A stretch of DNA of 32,000 nt, from contig NZ_LN831039.1 of assembly GCF_001457595.1 (NCBI RefSeq), forward strand, positions 2,880,001 to 2,912,000. The letters run 5' to 3'. How positions within the stretch are numbered: position 1 is the stretch's first letter; the number at the start of each line of letters is the position of its first letter. Under the pieces are notes generated by a model. The model searched no databases. It was not told the DNA's origin and saw only the letters and a list, made by a program, of their open reading frames with translations. Shown here piece by piece: positions 18,945 through 28,333 of this stretch. A program made the translations under genes and the position numbers. Source of the stretch: Mycolicibacterium smegmatis (GTDB lineage Bacteria > Actinomycetota > Actinomycetes > Mycobacteriales > Mycobacteriaceae).

Positions 18945-19643
18945 TCAGACGTCACCCAGCGCGGCCACACACGCCGCGCCGAGCGAACCGGTGTCGATAC
19001 CCATCTGTTCGAGCGTCACGGTGCGCAACGCCGCCCTGGGCGCGGCCGAAACCCACGCATACCCCACCTCGGCCGGATGTACGGGGTCGTCGGTCGCCAC
19101 TGCCACACCCATCGGCACGGTGAGCCGTTCCAGTTCCGCGCATTCCGGCGCGTGATAGGCCGCGGCCTCCTCCATGCTCTCCGGCAGCGCGGGCCACTGG
19201 CCCAACCACGAGCGGGCGAGCTCGTCGGCCAGCCAGGCCGGACTGTTCCTGCGCATCTCGGCGACGGTCGCCCCCAGTCCGTCGCGGCGCAACGACAGCG
19301 CCGACTGGCGGGCCAGCAACGCCGCGGGCGCGTCGTGGGGGGCGCCACTCCACGGCGGCAGGGCGGCCAGCACGGCCACCGCCGCATTCGGATGGTTCAG
19401 TGCCCACCGCAGGGCCACCACGGCGCCTATCGACACGCCGCCGACAGCGATCGGCCCTGACCGCGCGGCGTTGTCGAGCGCGTCGCGATATCCCGCGACC
19501 AGCCGGCCCGGCTGCGGGGGCGGGGTCACCAGGGGTGCGCCGACCTCGTGCAATGCGGTCGAGAACGCCCGGTAGACGTAGTCGTCGTCGGAGCCGGTGC
19601 CGGGCAGCAGAACGGTTGTGACGCCGCGCAGGATGACGCTCAT
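18945..19643 (-). CDS. Alpha/beta hydrolase-like protein (Rv2695-like)
   Basis: TTVLLPGTGSDDDYVYRAF, GPIAVGGVSIGAVVALRWAL nucleophile-elbow-like motif; ATG at 19643. Confidence 0.8.
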   Translation of the reverse strand: MSVILRGVTTVLLPGTGSDDDYVYRAFSTALHEVGAPLVTPPPQPGRLVAGYRDALDNAARSGPIAVGGVSIGAVVALRWALNHPNAAVAVLAALPPWSGAPHDAPAALLARQSALSLRRDGLGATVAEMRRNSPAWLADELARSWLGQWPALPESMEEAAAYHAPECAELERLTVPMGVAVATDDPVHPAEVGYAWVSAAPRAALRTVTLEQMGIDTGSLGAACVAALGDV

Positions 19644-19778
19644 CACATGATGGTGCCTGTCGGCGAAAACCTCGGCGTGGCGACCCCACCCCAACGTGGC
19701 AATCGGAGACCAAGAGGGTTACCGTGGCGGTTGGTTGGGAGAGATCCACGGTGGATCCGCGAGAAGTCAGGAGAGGCC

Positions 19779-20150
19779 ATGGCTACGGCCGAACGGTATC
19801 TGCGCCGGCTTACTCGACGCCTGACAGAAGACCCCGAGCAGCTCGACGTGGAAGAGCTCAGTGAAGAAGCGGCCACCACCGGCGCCCAGAAGGCAATCGA
19901 CTGTCAGCGCGGCCAGGAAGTGACCATGGTCGGGACCCTGCGCAGCGTCGAGTGCAACACCAAGGCGTGTTCGGGGGGCGTCAAAGCCGAGTTGTTCGAC
20001 GGCACCGACACGGTGGTGCTGGTGTGGCTCGGACAGCGCCGCATCCCCGGTATCGAACAGGGCCGTACCCTGCGGGTGCACGGTCGCGTCGGCAAGCTGG
20101 AGAACGGCGCGAAAGCGATCTACAACCCGCACTACGAAATTCAGAAGTGA
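19779..20150 (+). CDS. OB-fold nucleic acid-binding domain protein, 123 aa (Rv2694c-like)
   Basis: MATAERYLRRLTRRLTEDPEQLD...VTMVGTLRSVECNTKACSGGVKAELFDGTDTVVLVWLGQRRIPGIEQGRTLRVHGRV; SD ggagagg. Confidence 0.9.
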   Translation: MATAERYLRRLTRRLTEDPEQLDVEELSEEAATTGAQKAIDCQRGQEVTMVGTLRSVECNTKACSGGVKAELFDGTDTVVLVWLGQRRIPGIEQGRTLRVHGRVGKLENGAKAIYNPHYEIQK

Positions 20151-20890
20151 CCCAGGCCGACAACAGCCCACTCCCAGAATCCGCGGGCGAGGCGGAAGTA
20201 CCTCGTGCGCGTGGAGGCCGTGCCGTCCTCGAACAGATGGGCGGGATCAGCGGCCTCATCTATTCCTCATTGCCGGTCGTCGTATTCGTCCCGGTTTCTT
20301 CGCTTTTCGGGCTCACGGCCGCGATCGTCTCGGCTCTTGCCGTCGCCACGCTGATCCTCATCTGGCGGTTGATCCGCCGCGACTCGGTGCAGCCCGCGAT
20401 CTCGGGGTTCTTCGCCGTCGGTGTGAGCGCATTGATCGCCTACATGGTCGGGGAGTCGAAAGGCTACTTCCTGCTTGGCATCTGGTCGTCGCTGATCTAT
20501 GCGGTGGTGTTCGGTATCTCGGTGCTGATCCGCCGCCCGGTGGTCGGATACATCTGGGGCTGGGTGCACACCGACGACGCGGGCTGGCGCGATGTGCGGA
20601 AAGCAGTGCGGGCGTTCGACATCGCCACGCTCACCTGGGTCGCGGTGTTCGGGTCGCGATTCGTGGTGCAGAACCATCTGTACGACGCCGACGAGACGAC
20701 GTGGCTCGGCGTGGCCCGCATCGCGATGGGGTGGCCGTTGACCGCGGTCGCGGCACTCGTGACGTATCTGGCCATCCGCAGCGCGCAGCGTGCTGTGCGG
20801 GAGCACCAGGCAGCCCGCCACATCGATGCGGCGACCGGTTCGGGGTCCGAGCCCGCCGCCGAATCGGGGGCCGAACCGCACGCGGGCTAA
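20147..20890 (+). CDS. DUF3159 domain-containing membrane protein (Rv2693c-like)
   Basis: VLEQMGGISGLIYSSLPVVVFVPVSSLFGLTAAIVSALAV; GTG start overlaps the preceding stop (gtga). Confidence 0.92.
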   Translation: MTQADNSPLPESAGEAEVPRARGGRAVLEQMGGISGLIYSSLPVVVFVPVSSLFGLTAAIVSALAVATLILIWRLIRRDSVQPAISGFFAVGVSALIAYMVGESKGYFLLGIWSSLIYAVVFGISVLIRRPVVGYIWGWVHTDDAGWRDVRKAVRAFDIATLTWVAVFGSRFVVQNHLYDADETTWLGVARIAMGWPLTAVAALVTYLAIRSAQRAVREHQAARHIDAATGSGSEPAAESGAEPHAG

Positions 20891-21555
20891 CGCCGCGTGG
20901 GCCGCAGCAGAACCTCAAGCAGTTCGTCCTCGACCTCGGTGGTCGCAACGAACAGCAGTTCGTCACCACCTTCGAGCGGTTCGTCGGCCTCCGGCACGAT
21001 CACCCGCGCGCCGCGCAGGATCGTCACCAGAGCCGCGTCGCGCGGCAGTTCCAGGCGCTTCACCGGTTTTCCACCCCACGGCGTGTCGTCGGGCAGCGTG
21101 ATCTCGACGAGGTTCGCCTGGCCCTTGCGGAACTCCATCAACCGCACCAGGTCACCGACGGCGACGGCCTCCTCGACCAGCGACGCGAGCATGCGCGGCG
21201 TCGACACCGCGACGTCGACGCCCCAGTTCTCGTCGAAAAGCCATTCGTTGCGCGGATCGTTCACGCGGGCCACCACCCTGGGCACCGCGAACTCGGTCTT
21301 GGCGAGCAGGCTGACCACCACGTTGACCTTGTCGTCGCCGGTCGCCGCGATCACCACATCGAACTCTTCGAGGCGCACGGATTCGAGCATCGTGATCTCA
21401 CACGCATCGCCCAGGCGCCAGTGCGCGGCCGGGATGGCGTCGACGTCGATGTGGTCGAGGTTGCGCTCCAGCAGCGTCACCTCGTGATTGCTCTCGAGCA
21501 GTTCGCGGGCGATCGAACGGCCGACCGCACCGGCACCGGCGATGGCGACTTTCAT
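20887..21555 (-). CDS. ceoC: TrkA-family potassium uptake regulator (RCK), CeoC-like
   Basis: MKVAIAGAGAVGRSIARELLESNHEVTLLERN; TrkA-N and TrkA-C domains. Confidence 0.93.
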   Translation of the reverse strand: MKVAIAGAGAVGRSIARELLESNHEVTLLERNLDHIDVDAIPAAHWRLGDACEITMLESVRLEEFDVVIAATGDDKVNVVVSLLAKTEFAVPRVVARVNDPRNEWLFDENWGVDVAVSTPRMLASLVEEAVAVGDLVRLMEFRKGQANLVEITLPDDTPWGGKPVKRLELPRDAALVTILRGARVIVPEADEPLEGGDELLFVATTEVEDELLEVLLRPTRR

Positions 21556-21592
21556 CGGCGGCACACCTCCTCAAACATTCCGCCGCGGCGGC

Positions 21593-22267
21593 TCATTCGG
21601 AATCCAGGTCGTCTGAGGGCGGCAGCAGGGCGATGGCCAGCGCCTCGGCGATGTGCCCGGACACCGCGGCCAGGTAGACCTGGTCGCCGGACTGGATGAC
21701 GGTCTTGGCATCGGGCAGATACCCGTTGCCGAAGCGGATCATGAACGCGACCCGTCCACCCGTGGCGGCTTCCAGATCGGTGACCTTGCGGCCCGCCCAC
21801 CCCTCGTGCAGGTCGAGTTCGGCGACACCCACGCTGCCGGTGGGGTCACGCCACTTGGTGGTCTCGGTCTCGCGCGTGAGGACGTTGAGCAACCTGTCGG
21901 TGGTCCACGGCACCGTGGCCACGGTCGGGATGCCCAGCCGCTCGTACACCGCGGCGCGCTTGGCGTCGTATATCCGCGCCACGACGCGCTGCACGCCGAA
22001 GGTCTCACGCGCCACACGCGCGGCGATGATGTTCGAGTTGTCACCCGAGGAGACGGCCGCGAACGCCCCGGCCTCCTCGATCCCGGCCCGTACCAGCACA
22101 TCGCGGTCGAAGCCCATACCCAGGATCCGCTCACCCGCGAAGTCGGGGGAAAGGCGGTGGAAAGCGGTGGCGTCGCGGTCGATGACGGCGATCTCGTGGC
22201 CGATCCGGGCCAGGCTGTCGGCGAGAGAGGCGCCGACGCGGCCACATCCCATGACAACTACACGCAC
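21593..22267 (-). CDS. ceoB: TrkA-family potassium uptake regulator (RCK), CeoB-like
   Basis: MRVVVMGCGRVGASLADSLARIGHEIAVIDRDATAFHRL; NAD-binding GxGxxG plus TrkA-C. Confidence 0.93.
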   Translation of the reverse strand: MRVVVMGCGRVGASLADSLARIGHEIAVIDRDATAFHRLSPDFAGERILGMGFDRDVLVRAGIEEAGAFAAVSSGDNSNIIAARVARETFGVQRVVARIYDAKRAAVYERLGIPTVATVPWTTDRLLNVLTRETETTKWRDPTGSVGVAELDLHEGWAGRKVTDLEAATGGRVAFMIRFGNGYLPDAKTVIQSGDQVYLAAVSGHIAEALAIALLPPSDDLDSE

Positions 22268-22359
22268 CAGTGCATCCTTTCGGCGGCGGAGAGACGACGC
22301 TATCGCAACCCGTGCACTCGGAACGCTACAGCTTTCTCACGGTCGTCTGGCTTCAGGCT

Positions 22360-22365
22360 TACTCT
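22360..22365 (+). promoter_or_regulatory. Candidate -10 (TACTCT) for the permease gene
   Basis: TACTCT 8 nt before the GTG start at 22374. Confidence 0.4.
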
Positions 22366-22373
22366 TGGCACTC

Positions 22374-24368
22374 GTGTCCAAGCTTTCGACCGCAGCGCGC
22401 CGACTGGTCATCGGGCGGCCGTTCCGCAGCGACAAGCTGTCCCACACGCTGCTGCCCAAGCGGATCGCGCTCCCGGTCTTCGCCTCCGACGCGCTGTCCT
22501 CGGTCGCCTACGCGCCCGAGGAGATCTTCCTGGTGCTCTCGGTCGCCGGACTCTCGGCGTACACGATGACACCGTGGATCGGGCTCGCGGTCGCGGCCGT
22601 CATGCTCATCGTGATCGCCAGCTACCGGCAGAACGTGCACGCCTATCCGTCGGGTGGCGGCGACTACGAGGTGGTGACCACCAACCTGGGCCCGACCGCG
22701 GGGCTGACCGTGGCCAGCGCACTGCTGGTCGATTACGTGCTCACGGTCGCGGTGTCGATGTCGTCGGCGATGTCCAACATCGGCTCGGCCATACCGTTCG
22801 TCGCCCATCACAAGGTGCTGTTCGCGGTGATCGCGATCCTGCTGCTGGCCGCGATGAACCTGCGTGGCATCCGGGAATCCGGCGTGGCCTTCGCGATCCC
22901 CACCTACCTGTTCATGGCCGGCATGTTCATCATGCTGGGCTGGGGCCTGTTCCAGATCTACGTACTGGACCACTCGCTGCGCGCCGAGTCGGCCGATTTC
23001 CAGATGCACTCCGAACACGGCGAGGTGCTCGGCTTCGCCCTGGTGTTCCTGGTGGCGCGCGCGTTCTCGTCGGGTTCGGCGGCCCTGACCGGTGTCGAGG
23101 CGATCAGCAACGGCGTGCCCGCGTTCCGTAAGCCCAAGTCCCGCAACGCGGCGACGACGCTGCTGCTGCTCGGCGTGATCGCGGTCACGCTGTTCATGGG
23201 AATCATCCTGCTGGCCAAGGCCACAGGCGTGCAGATCGCCGAGCATCCGCACGTCCAGCTCATCGGCGCGCCGACGGACTACCACCAGAAGACGCTCATC
23301 GCCCAACTCGCCGATGCGGTCTTCCACGGCTTCCCGCTCGGCCTGTACCTCATCGCGACGGTCACCGCGCTGATCCTGTGTCTGGCCGCCAACACGGCCT
23401 TCAACGGGTTCCCGGTGCTGGGATCGATTCTCGCCCAGGACCGTTACCTGCCGCGGCAGCTGCACACGCGCGGTGACCGGCTCGCGTTCTCCAACGGCAT
23501 CCTGATCCTGGCGCTCGCCGCGATCGCGTTCGTGGTGGCGTTCGGGGCCGAGGTCACCGCGCTGATCCACCTCTACATCGTCGGCGTGTTCGTGTCGTTC
23601 ACGTTCAGCCAGATCGGCATGGTGCGCCACTGGACCCGGCTGCTGCGCAACGAGACCGATCCGGCGATCCGGCGGCGCATGATGCGCTCACGCGCGATCA
23701 ACACCGTGGGGCTCACCGCGACGGGTGCGGTGCTCGTGGTCGTCGTCGTGACGAAGTTCGTCGCGGGCGCCTGGATAGCGATCCTCGCGATGGTCGCGCT
23801 GTTCGTGCTGATGAAGCTGATCCACCGGCACTACGACACCGTCGCACGCGAACTCGAGGCGCAGGCCGAAGACGAGGACGACATCGTCCTGCCCAGCCGC
23901 AACCACGCAGTGGTACTGGTGTCCAAGTTGCACCTGCCCACCAAACGCGCGCTGGCCTACGCGCGCGCGACGCGTCCCGACGTGCTGGAGGCCATCACCG
24001 TCAGCGTCGACGACGCCGAGACCCGCGCGCTGGTGCACGAGTGGGAGGGCAGCGACGTCGCCGTGCCACTCAAGGTGATCGCGTCGCCCTACCGCGAGAT
24101 CACCCGGCCCGTGCTCGACTACGTCAAGCGCATCACCAAGGAGTCGCCGCGCACCGTGGTGACGGTGTTCATCCCGGAGTACGTCGTGGGACACTGGTGG
24201 GAGCAAATCCTGCACAATCAGAGTGCGCTGCGTCTCAAAGGCCGGTTGTTGTTCATGCCCAACGTTATGGTGACCTCGGTGCCGTGGCAGCTCACCTCCT
24301 CTGAGCGGCTCAAGGCAATTCAGCGCCAGTCGGCGCCAGGAGACGCGCGCAGGGGATTCTTGGAGTGA
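22374..24368 (+). CDS. APC-superfamily permease with cytosolic C-terminal domain, KimA-like potassium transporter family, 664 aa
   Basis: LPKRIALPVFASDALSSVAYAPEEIFLVLSVAGLSAY, YPSGGGDYEVVTTNLGP, multiple TM segments, long C-terminal soluble domain. Confidence 0.88.
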   Translation: MSKLSTAARRLVIGRPFRSDKLSHTLLPKRIALPVFASDALSSVAYAPEEIFLVLSVAGLSAYTMTPWIGLAVAAVMLIVIASYRQNVHAYPSGGGDYEVVTTNLGPTAGLTVASALLVDYVLTVAVSMSSAMSNIGSAIPFVAHHKVLFAVIAILLLAAMNLRGIRESGVAFAIPTYLFMAGMFIMLGWGLFQIYVLDHSLRAESADFQMHSEHGEVLGFALVFLVARAFSSGSAALTGVEAISNGVPAFRKPKSRNAATTLLLLGVIAVTLFMGIILLAKATGVQIAEHPHVQLIGAPTDYHQKTLIAQLADAVFHGFPLGLYLIATVTALILCLAANTAFNGFPVLGSILAQDRYLPRQLHTRGDRLAFSNGILILALAAIAFVVAFGAEVTALIHLYIVGVFVSFTFSQIGMVRHWTRLLRNETDPAIRRRMMRSRAINTVGLTATGAVLVVVVVTKFVAGAWIAILAMVALFVLMKLIHRHYDTVARELEAQAEDEDDIVLPSRNHAVVLVSKLHLPTKRALAYARATRPDVLEAITVSVDDAETRALVHEWEGSDVAVPLKVIASPYREITRPVLDYVKRITKESPRTVVTVFIPEYVVGHWWEQILHNQSALRLKGRLLFMPNVMVTSVPWQLTSSERLKAIQRQSAPGDARRGFLE

Positions 24369-25558
24369 CAGAACTGACCCTCACCACCGGGGCCCCGGCC
24401 AACGGTGGCAGTTGCGTGGCCCGCCATGACGGGCGCGTGGTATTCGTCCGATACGCCCTGCCGGGCGAGACCGTCCGGGTGCGCGTGGTCGACGAACGCG
24501 GATCATTCTGGCGTGCCGAGGTTGTCGAGGTGATCGACCCGTCGCCCGACCGTGTCGACTCGTTGTGCCCGATCGCCGGCGTCGACGGTGCCGGCTGCTG
24601 TGATCTGGCGTTCGCGACGCCTGACGCCTCTCGGCGGATCAAGGGCGCGGTGGTGGCCAACCAGCTGTCGCGGCTCGGGGGATACCACTGGCGCGATGAG
24701 GATTCGGCGACCGCCGAGCCTGTCGGCTCCGGCGCGGCCACCGGGTGGCGCACCCGGGTGCGCCTGGACACCACCGCCGACGGTCGGCCCGGCTTCCACC
24801 GCTACCACAGCGCCGACCTGGTCACCGACCTCGGCTGCGCACAATTGCCGTCGGGAATGGTCGACGGCCTCGACGACCTGCGCGTGCCCGGGGGAGCGCA
24901 ACTGCATCTCGCGCTGGATTCCGAGGGCACCCGCCACGTCGTGCAGTCGGGCCCCAAGAACGGGCGCAAGAGCCCGACACGTGTGGTCGACGGCCAGTAC
25001 GAGGCTGTGCAGCGCATCGGTTCTCGCGTGTGGCGCGTGCCCGTCACCGCGTTCTGGCAGGCGCACCGCGAGGCCGCGGCGCTCTACAGCGATCTGGTCG
25101 CGGGCTGGGCGCAGCTGGAGCCCGGGATGACGGCGTGGGATCTCTACGGCGGTGCGGGCGTGTTCGCCGCGTCCCTCGCCGAACAGGTGGGGGAGAGCGG
25201 GCATGTCGTCACGGTCGACACGTCACGCGGATCATCACGATCGGCGCGCGCGGCCCTGGCCGATCTGAAATCCGTGTCGGTGATCACCGATTCGGTACGC
25301 CGGGCGCTCGCGACGCAACATCAGCGGGCCGACGTCGCGGTGCTCGACCCGCCGCGCACGGGCGCCAACCGCGAGGTGATCGACCAGATCGCGGCCGCCG
25401 ACGTCCCGCGGATCATCCACATCGGTTGCGAGGCAGCTTCATTCGCGCGTGACGTCGGGCTGTATCTGCGGCACGGCTACCACGTCGAGGAGATCCGGGT
25501 CTTCGACTCGTTTCCGCTGACCCACCACATCGAGTGCGTCGCGGTGCTCAACCGCTGA
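24365..25558 (+). CDS. Class I SAM-dependent RNA (uracil-5-)methyltransferase, TrmA/RumA family (Rv2689c-like)
   Basis: TRAM-like N-terminus (GGSCVARHDGRVVFVRYALPGETVRVRV), AWDLYGGAGVFAASLA, VLDPPRTGANREVID, YVSCE-equivalent IIHIGCEAASFARD; overlaps permease stop (gtga). Confidence 0.93.
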   Translation: MTELTLTTGAPANGGSCVARHDGRVVFVRYALPGETVRVRVVDERGSFWRAEVVEVIDPSPDRVDSLCPIAGVDGAGCCDLAFATPDASRRIKGAVVANQLSRLGGYHWRDEDSATAEPVGSGAATGWRTRVRLDTTADGRPGFHRYHSADLVTDLGCAQLPSGMVDGLDDLRVPGGAQLHLALDSEGTRHVVQSGPKNGRKSPTRVVDGQYEAVQRIGSRVWRVPVTAFWQAHREAAALYSDLVAGWAQLEPGMTAWDLYGGAGVFAASLAEQVGESGHVVTVDTSRGSSRSARAALADLKSVSVITDSVRRALATQHQRADVAVLDPPRTGANREVIDQIAAADVPRIIHIGCEAASFARDVGLYLRHGYHVEEIRVFDSFPLTHHIECVAVLNR

Positions 25559-25566
25559 CCTAAAAA

Positions 25567-26738
25567 TCACTCCTGGTTGGGCGTGGGGGTGGGGTAGTTG
25601 ACCGAGATGGTCTGATTACCGCCGGCCGCGCGTGACTCGTTCATCGCGCGCATCGCGACGTCGATGAGTTCCTGCAGGACCTGCTCGGCGGGCAGGCTGG
25701 CCAACGGGGCCAGTGGGCTGCACACCGTGCCGATGCTGGCGGTCAGCCGCATGGGCGTGGTGCTGATCGCCAGACGCATGCGCTCGACGAGCGGTGACGG
25801 GTCGTTGGTCTTGAACACGTCGGCGATCAGGAATTCGCTGTCGGAGACGTGGGCCAGCGGAACCCGGTGACGCACGGTCTCGCGCAGGGCCTGGGCCACC
25901 GCGACCCGGGCATGGAGCGTGCTGTGCGTGCCGTCCATGTCGCTGAGCAACGACATGTCGTCGATGCCGACCGCGAGGATCACCAGGTACTGGTCGTCGT
26001 GGCGACTGTGCGAACCCAGCATGGTCGCGGCCTGGATCTCGAACGCCTCGCGGTTGAGCAGACCCGTGAGCCGGTCGATCTCATTGGGGTGCTGTACGTT
26101 GCCCGCGTCGAGCAGGCGGATCGCCATGCGGCACAACATGGACGTGGTGGCGATCACCAGTCCGCTCACCAGCGCGCCCGACAGCGCCATCGGGATGCTC
26201 GTGAACGCGACGCGGATCGCCAGGAACCCCACGGTGAGACCTGACGCGATCCATGACAGGACCAGAACGCGCCGACTGTGCAGGAACGCCGAGTAGGTGG
26301 TGACGAGGCTGAACACCGACGAACTGAGCAGGCCCACGGTGGGGTCGCTCATCGACGACAGCGTGACGGCGATCCCGACCGTGCCGATGCCGACCACCAG
26401 CCATGACTGATTGCGGCTCGGCCACTTGCGCCGCCACCACCACACCGACATCAGCACGCCGCACGCCGTGGCGCCGTGGCGCCCAGTGGGACGTACCGCA
26501 GCGCACCGGCAGGCCCCGCGGGCGAGGCGAGCATCAGCACCGGTACGAACGCCAGCGCGGTGATGGTCACGCCGATGATGCGGCGCATTCGGGAACGCTG
26601 GCCCTGTGCCGAGAGCATGGCGGTGCGCGCGTAGTAGTGATCGAATGGACTCAAATCCGCACCCCGGGAAATCGATTTCGAATTACAGACTACGTAATGA
26701 CGCAACAAATCGGACGCGCAGAGTTCAATTCCCGGCAA
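25567..26738 (-). pseudogene. Membrane-anchored diguanylate cyclase-like (degenerate GGDEF) protein, split into two reading frames near 26451-26500
   Basis: C-terminal ORF 25567..26457 (NEIDRLTGLLNREAF..., VSDSEFLIADV, MRLTASIGTV) plus N-terminal ORF 26451..26738 (FDHYYARTAMLSAQGQRSRMRRIIGVTITALAFVPVLMLASPAGPAGALRYV); together they resemble a single mycobacterial GGDEF protein. True start uncertain. Confidence 0.7.
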
Positions 26739-26854
26739 CCGATTCCGCAGCGCGGAATTTATGTTGACGGATACGTTATTTCGTGTGGACGGCGACCCGC
26801 CCGGTTTGTGCTGCTCAACTGCCGGGCAGGGACCGCGAGCTGCCGATCACGGGC

Positions 26855-26890
26855 GAGGTGAATCCGCAGTGCGCACCACGAATTCACCTC
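26855..26890. repeat. Inverted repeat upstream of nhaA
   Basis: gaggtgaat-(18 nt)-attcacctc, 9-bp perfect arms. Confidence 0.4.
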
Positions 26891-27013
26891 TCAAGGGGTG
26901 CGAACCGGCGCGGACCTCCGTGCGGCGCGACCGGCACACGGCTGTTAGCGTGATCGCGGGTGTGCCGGGAAGCCTGGTCGGCGTCCGCCCGATGCTGCCC
27001 ACAGGAGCCCGTC

Positions 27014-28309
27014 ATGACCGATCAGCCTGAAACCTTCCGACGGCGCATCTTCTCGCGCAGCTCGTGGCCCGAGTGGCAGCGCGTCTCCGAACTGCTGCGC
27101 ACCGAGACCGTCGGTGGCGCGCTGCTGCTGGTGGCCGCGCTGGCCGCGCTGGTCTGGGCGAACTCGCCGTGGTCGGCCGGCTACGACCAGGTCTCCGACT
27201 TCGTCGTCGGGCCACATTCGCTGCACCTGGACCTGAGCATCTCGGCCTGGGCCGCGGACGGTCTGCTGGCGATCTTCTTCTTCGTCGTCGGCGTCGAACT
27301 CAAACGCGAGTTCGTCGTGGGCGACCTGCGTGATCCGGCCAAGGCCGCGCTGCCCATCGCCGCGGCCGTCGGCGGCATGATCGTGCCCGCCGTGATCTTC
27401 GTCGGCGTCAACCTCGTCGCGGGCCACACCGAGAATCTCGGCGGCTGGGCGATCCCGGTCGCCACCGACATCGCGTTCGCGCTCGCGGTGCTGGCCGTGA
27501 TCGCCACCCACCTGCCGTCGGCGCTGCGCATCTTCCTGCTGACCCTGGCCGTGGTCGACGATCTGCTGGCCATCATCGTCATCGCGGTCTTCTACACCAC
27601 CCAGCTGTCGTTCGGGCCGCTCGCGGGCGCGCTGGTGACCATCGCGGTGTTCGGGCTCGCGGTGCAGCGTGGGGTGCGCACGCCGTTCCTACTGCTACCG
27701 CTCGCGGTGGTCGCGTGGGCGCTCATGCACGCCAGCGGGGTACACGCGACGGTCGCGGGCGTACTGCTGGGCTTCACCATTCCGGTGCTGGGCCGCCACG
27801 CGTGCGCCGACCGGATGGAGCACCGGCTGCGGCCGCTGTCGGCGGGGTTCGCGGTCCCGGTGTTCGCGTTCTTCGCGGCAGGCGTCACCGTCGGCGGACT
27901 GTCCGGATTCGCCTCGGCGCTGTCGCACCCGGTGACCTACGGGGTGATCGCGGGCCTGGTCCTCGGCAAACCCATCGGCGTGTTCTTGACCACGTACGTG
28001 CTCGCCAGGTTCACCAAGGCGAACCTCGACGAGGATCTGGCCTGGCGTGACGTGTTCGGCCTGGCGTTGCTCGCCGGGATCGGCTTCACGGTGTCGTTGT
28101 TGATCGGTGAACTCGCGTTCGAGAACAGCCCGATTGCCCACGACGACGCCAAGATCGCGGTGCTCACGGGATCGGTGCTGGCGGGCGTACTGGCCGCGGT
28201 GGTGCTGTTGTCCAGAAACGCGGTCTACCGGCGCATCCACGAGGCCGAGACCGTCGACGCAGATGACGATGGTGTGCCCGACATCTACCAGCCTCGGCAA
28301 GACCAGTAG
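27014..28309 (+). CDS. nhaA: Na+/H+ antiporter NhaA, 431 aa
   Basis: [83 protein letters not shown]; SD aggag before ATG 27014. Confidence 0.96.
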   Translation: MTDQPETFRRRIFSRSSWPEWQRVSELLRTETVGGALLLVAALAALVWANSPWSAGYDQVSDFVVGPHSLHLDLSISAWAADGLLAIFFFVVGVELKREFVVGDLRDPAKAALPIAAAVGGMIVPAVIFVGVNLVAGHTENLGGWAIPVATDIAFALAVLAVIATHLPSALRIFLLTLAVVDDLLAIIVIAVFYTTQLSFGPLAGALVTIAVFGLAVQRGVRTPFLLLPLAVVAWALMHASGVHATVAGVLLGFTIPVLGRHACADRMEHRLRPLSAGFAVPVFAFFAAGVTVGGLSGFASALSHPVTYGVIAGLVLGKPIGVFLTTYVLARFTKANLDEDLAWRDVFGLALLAGIGFTVSLLIGELAFENSPIAHDDAKIAVLTGSVLAGVLAAVVLLSRNAVYRRIHEAETVDADDDGVPDIYQPRQDQ

Positions 28310-28321
28310 TGAGCCGGTGCG

Positions 28322-28327
28322 TAGACT
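28322..28327 (+). promoter_or_regulatory. Candidate -10 (TAGACT) for leaderless dxs transcript
   Basis: TAGACT followed by exactly 6 nt and then ATG 28334. Confidence 0.55.
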
Positions 28328-28333
28328 GGCGAA

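Noticed and set aside
21653-23131. 492-aa plus-strand ORF over ceoB and the permease start
   Set aside because: Overlaps real genes in other frames and has no domain support.
22359-23630. 423-aa minus-strand ORF opposite the permease
   Set aside because: Low-complexity His/Arg/Asp/Gln-rich shadow of a membrane-protein gene.
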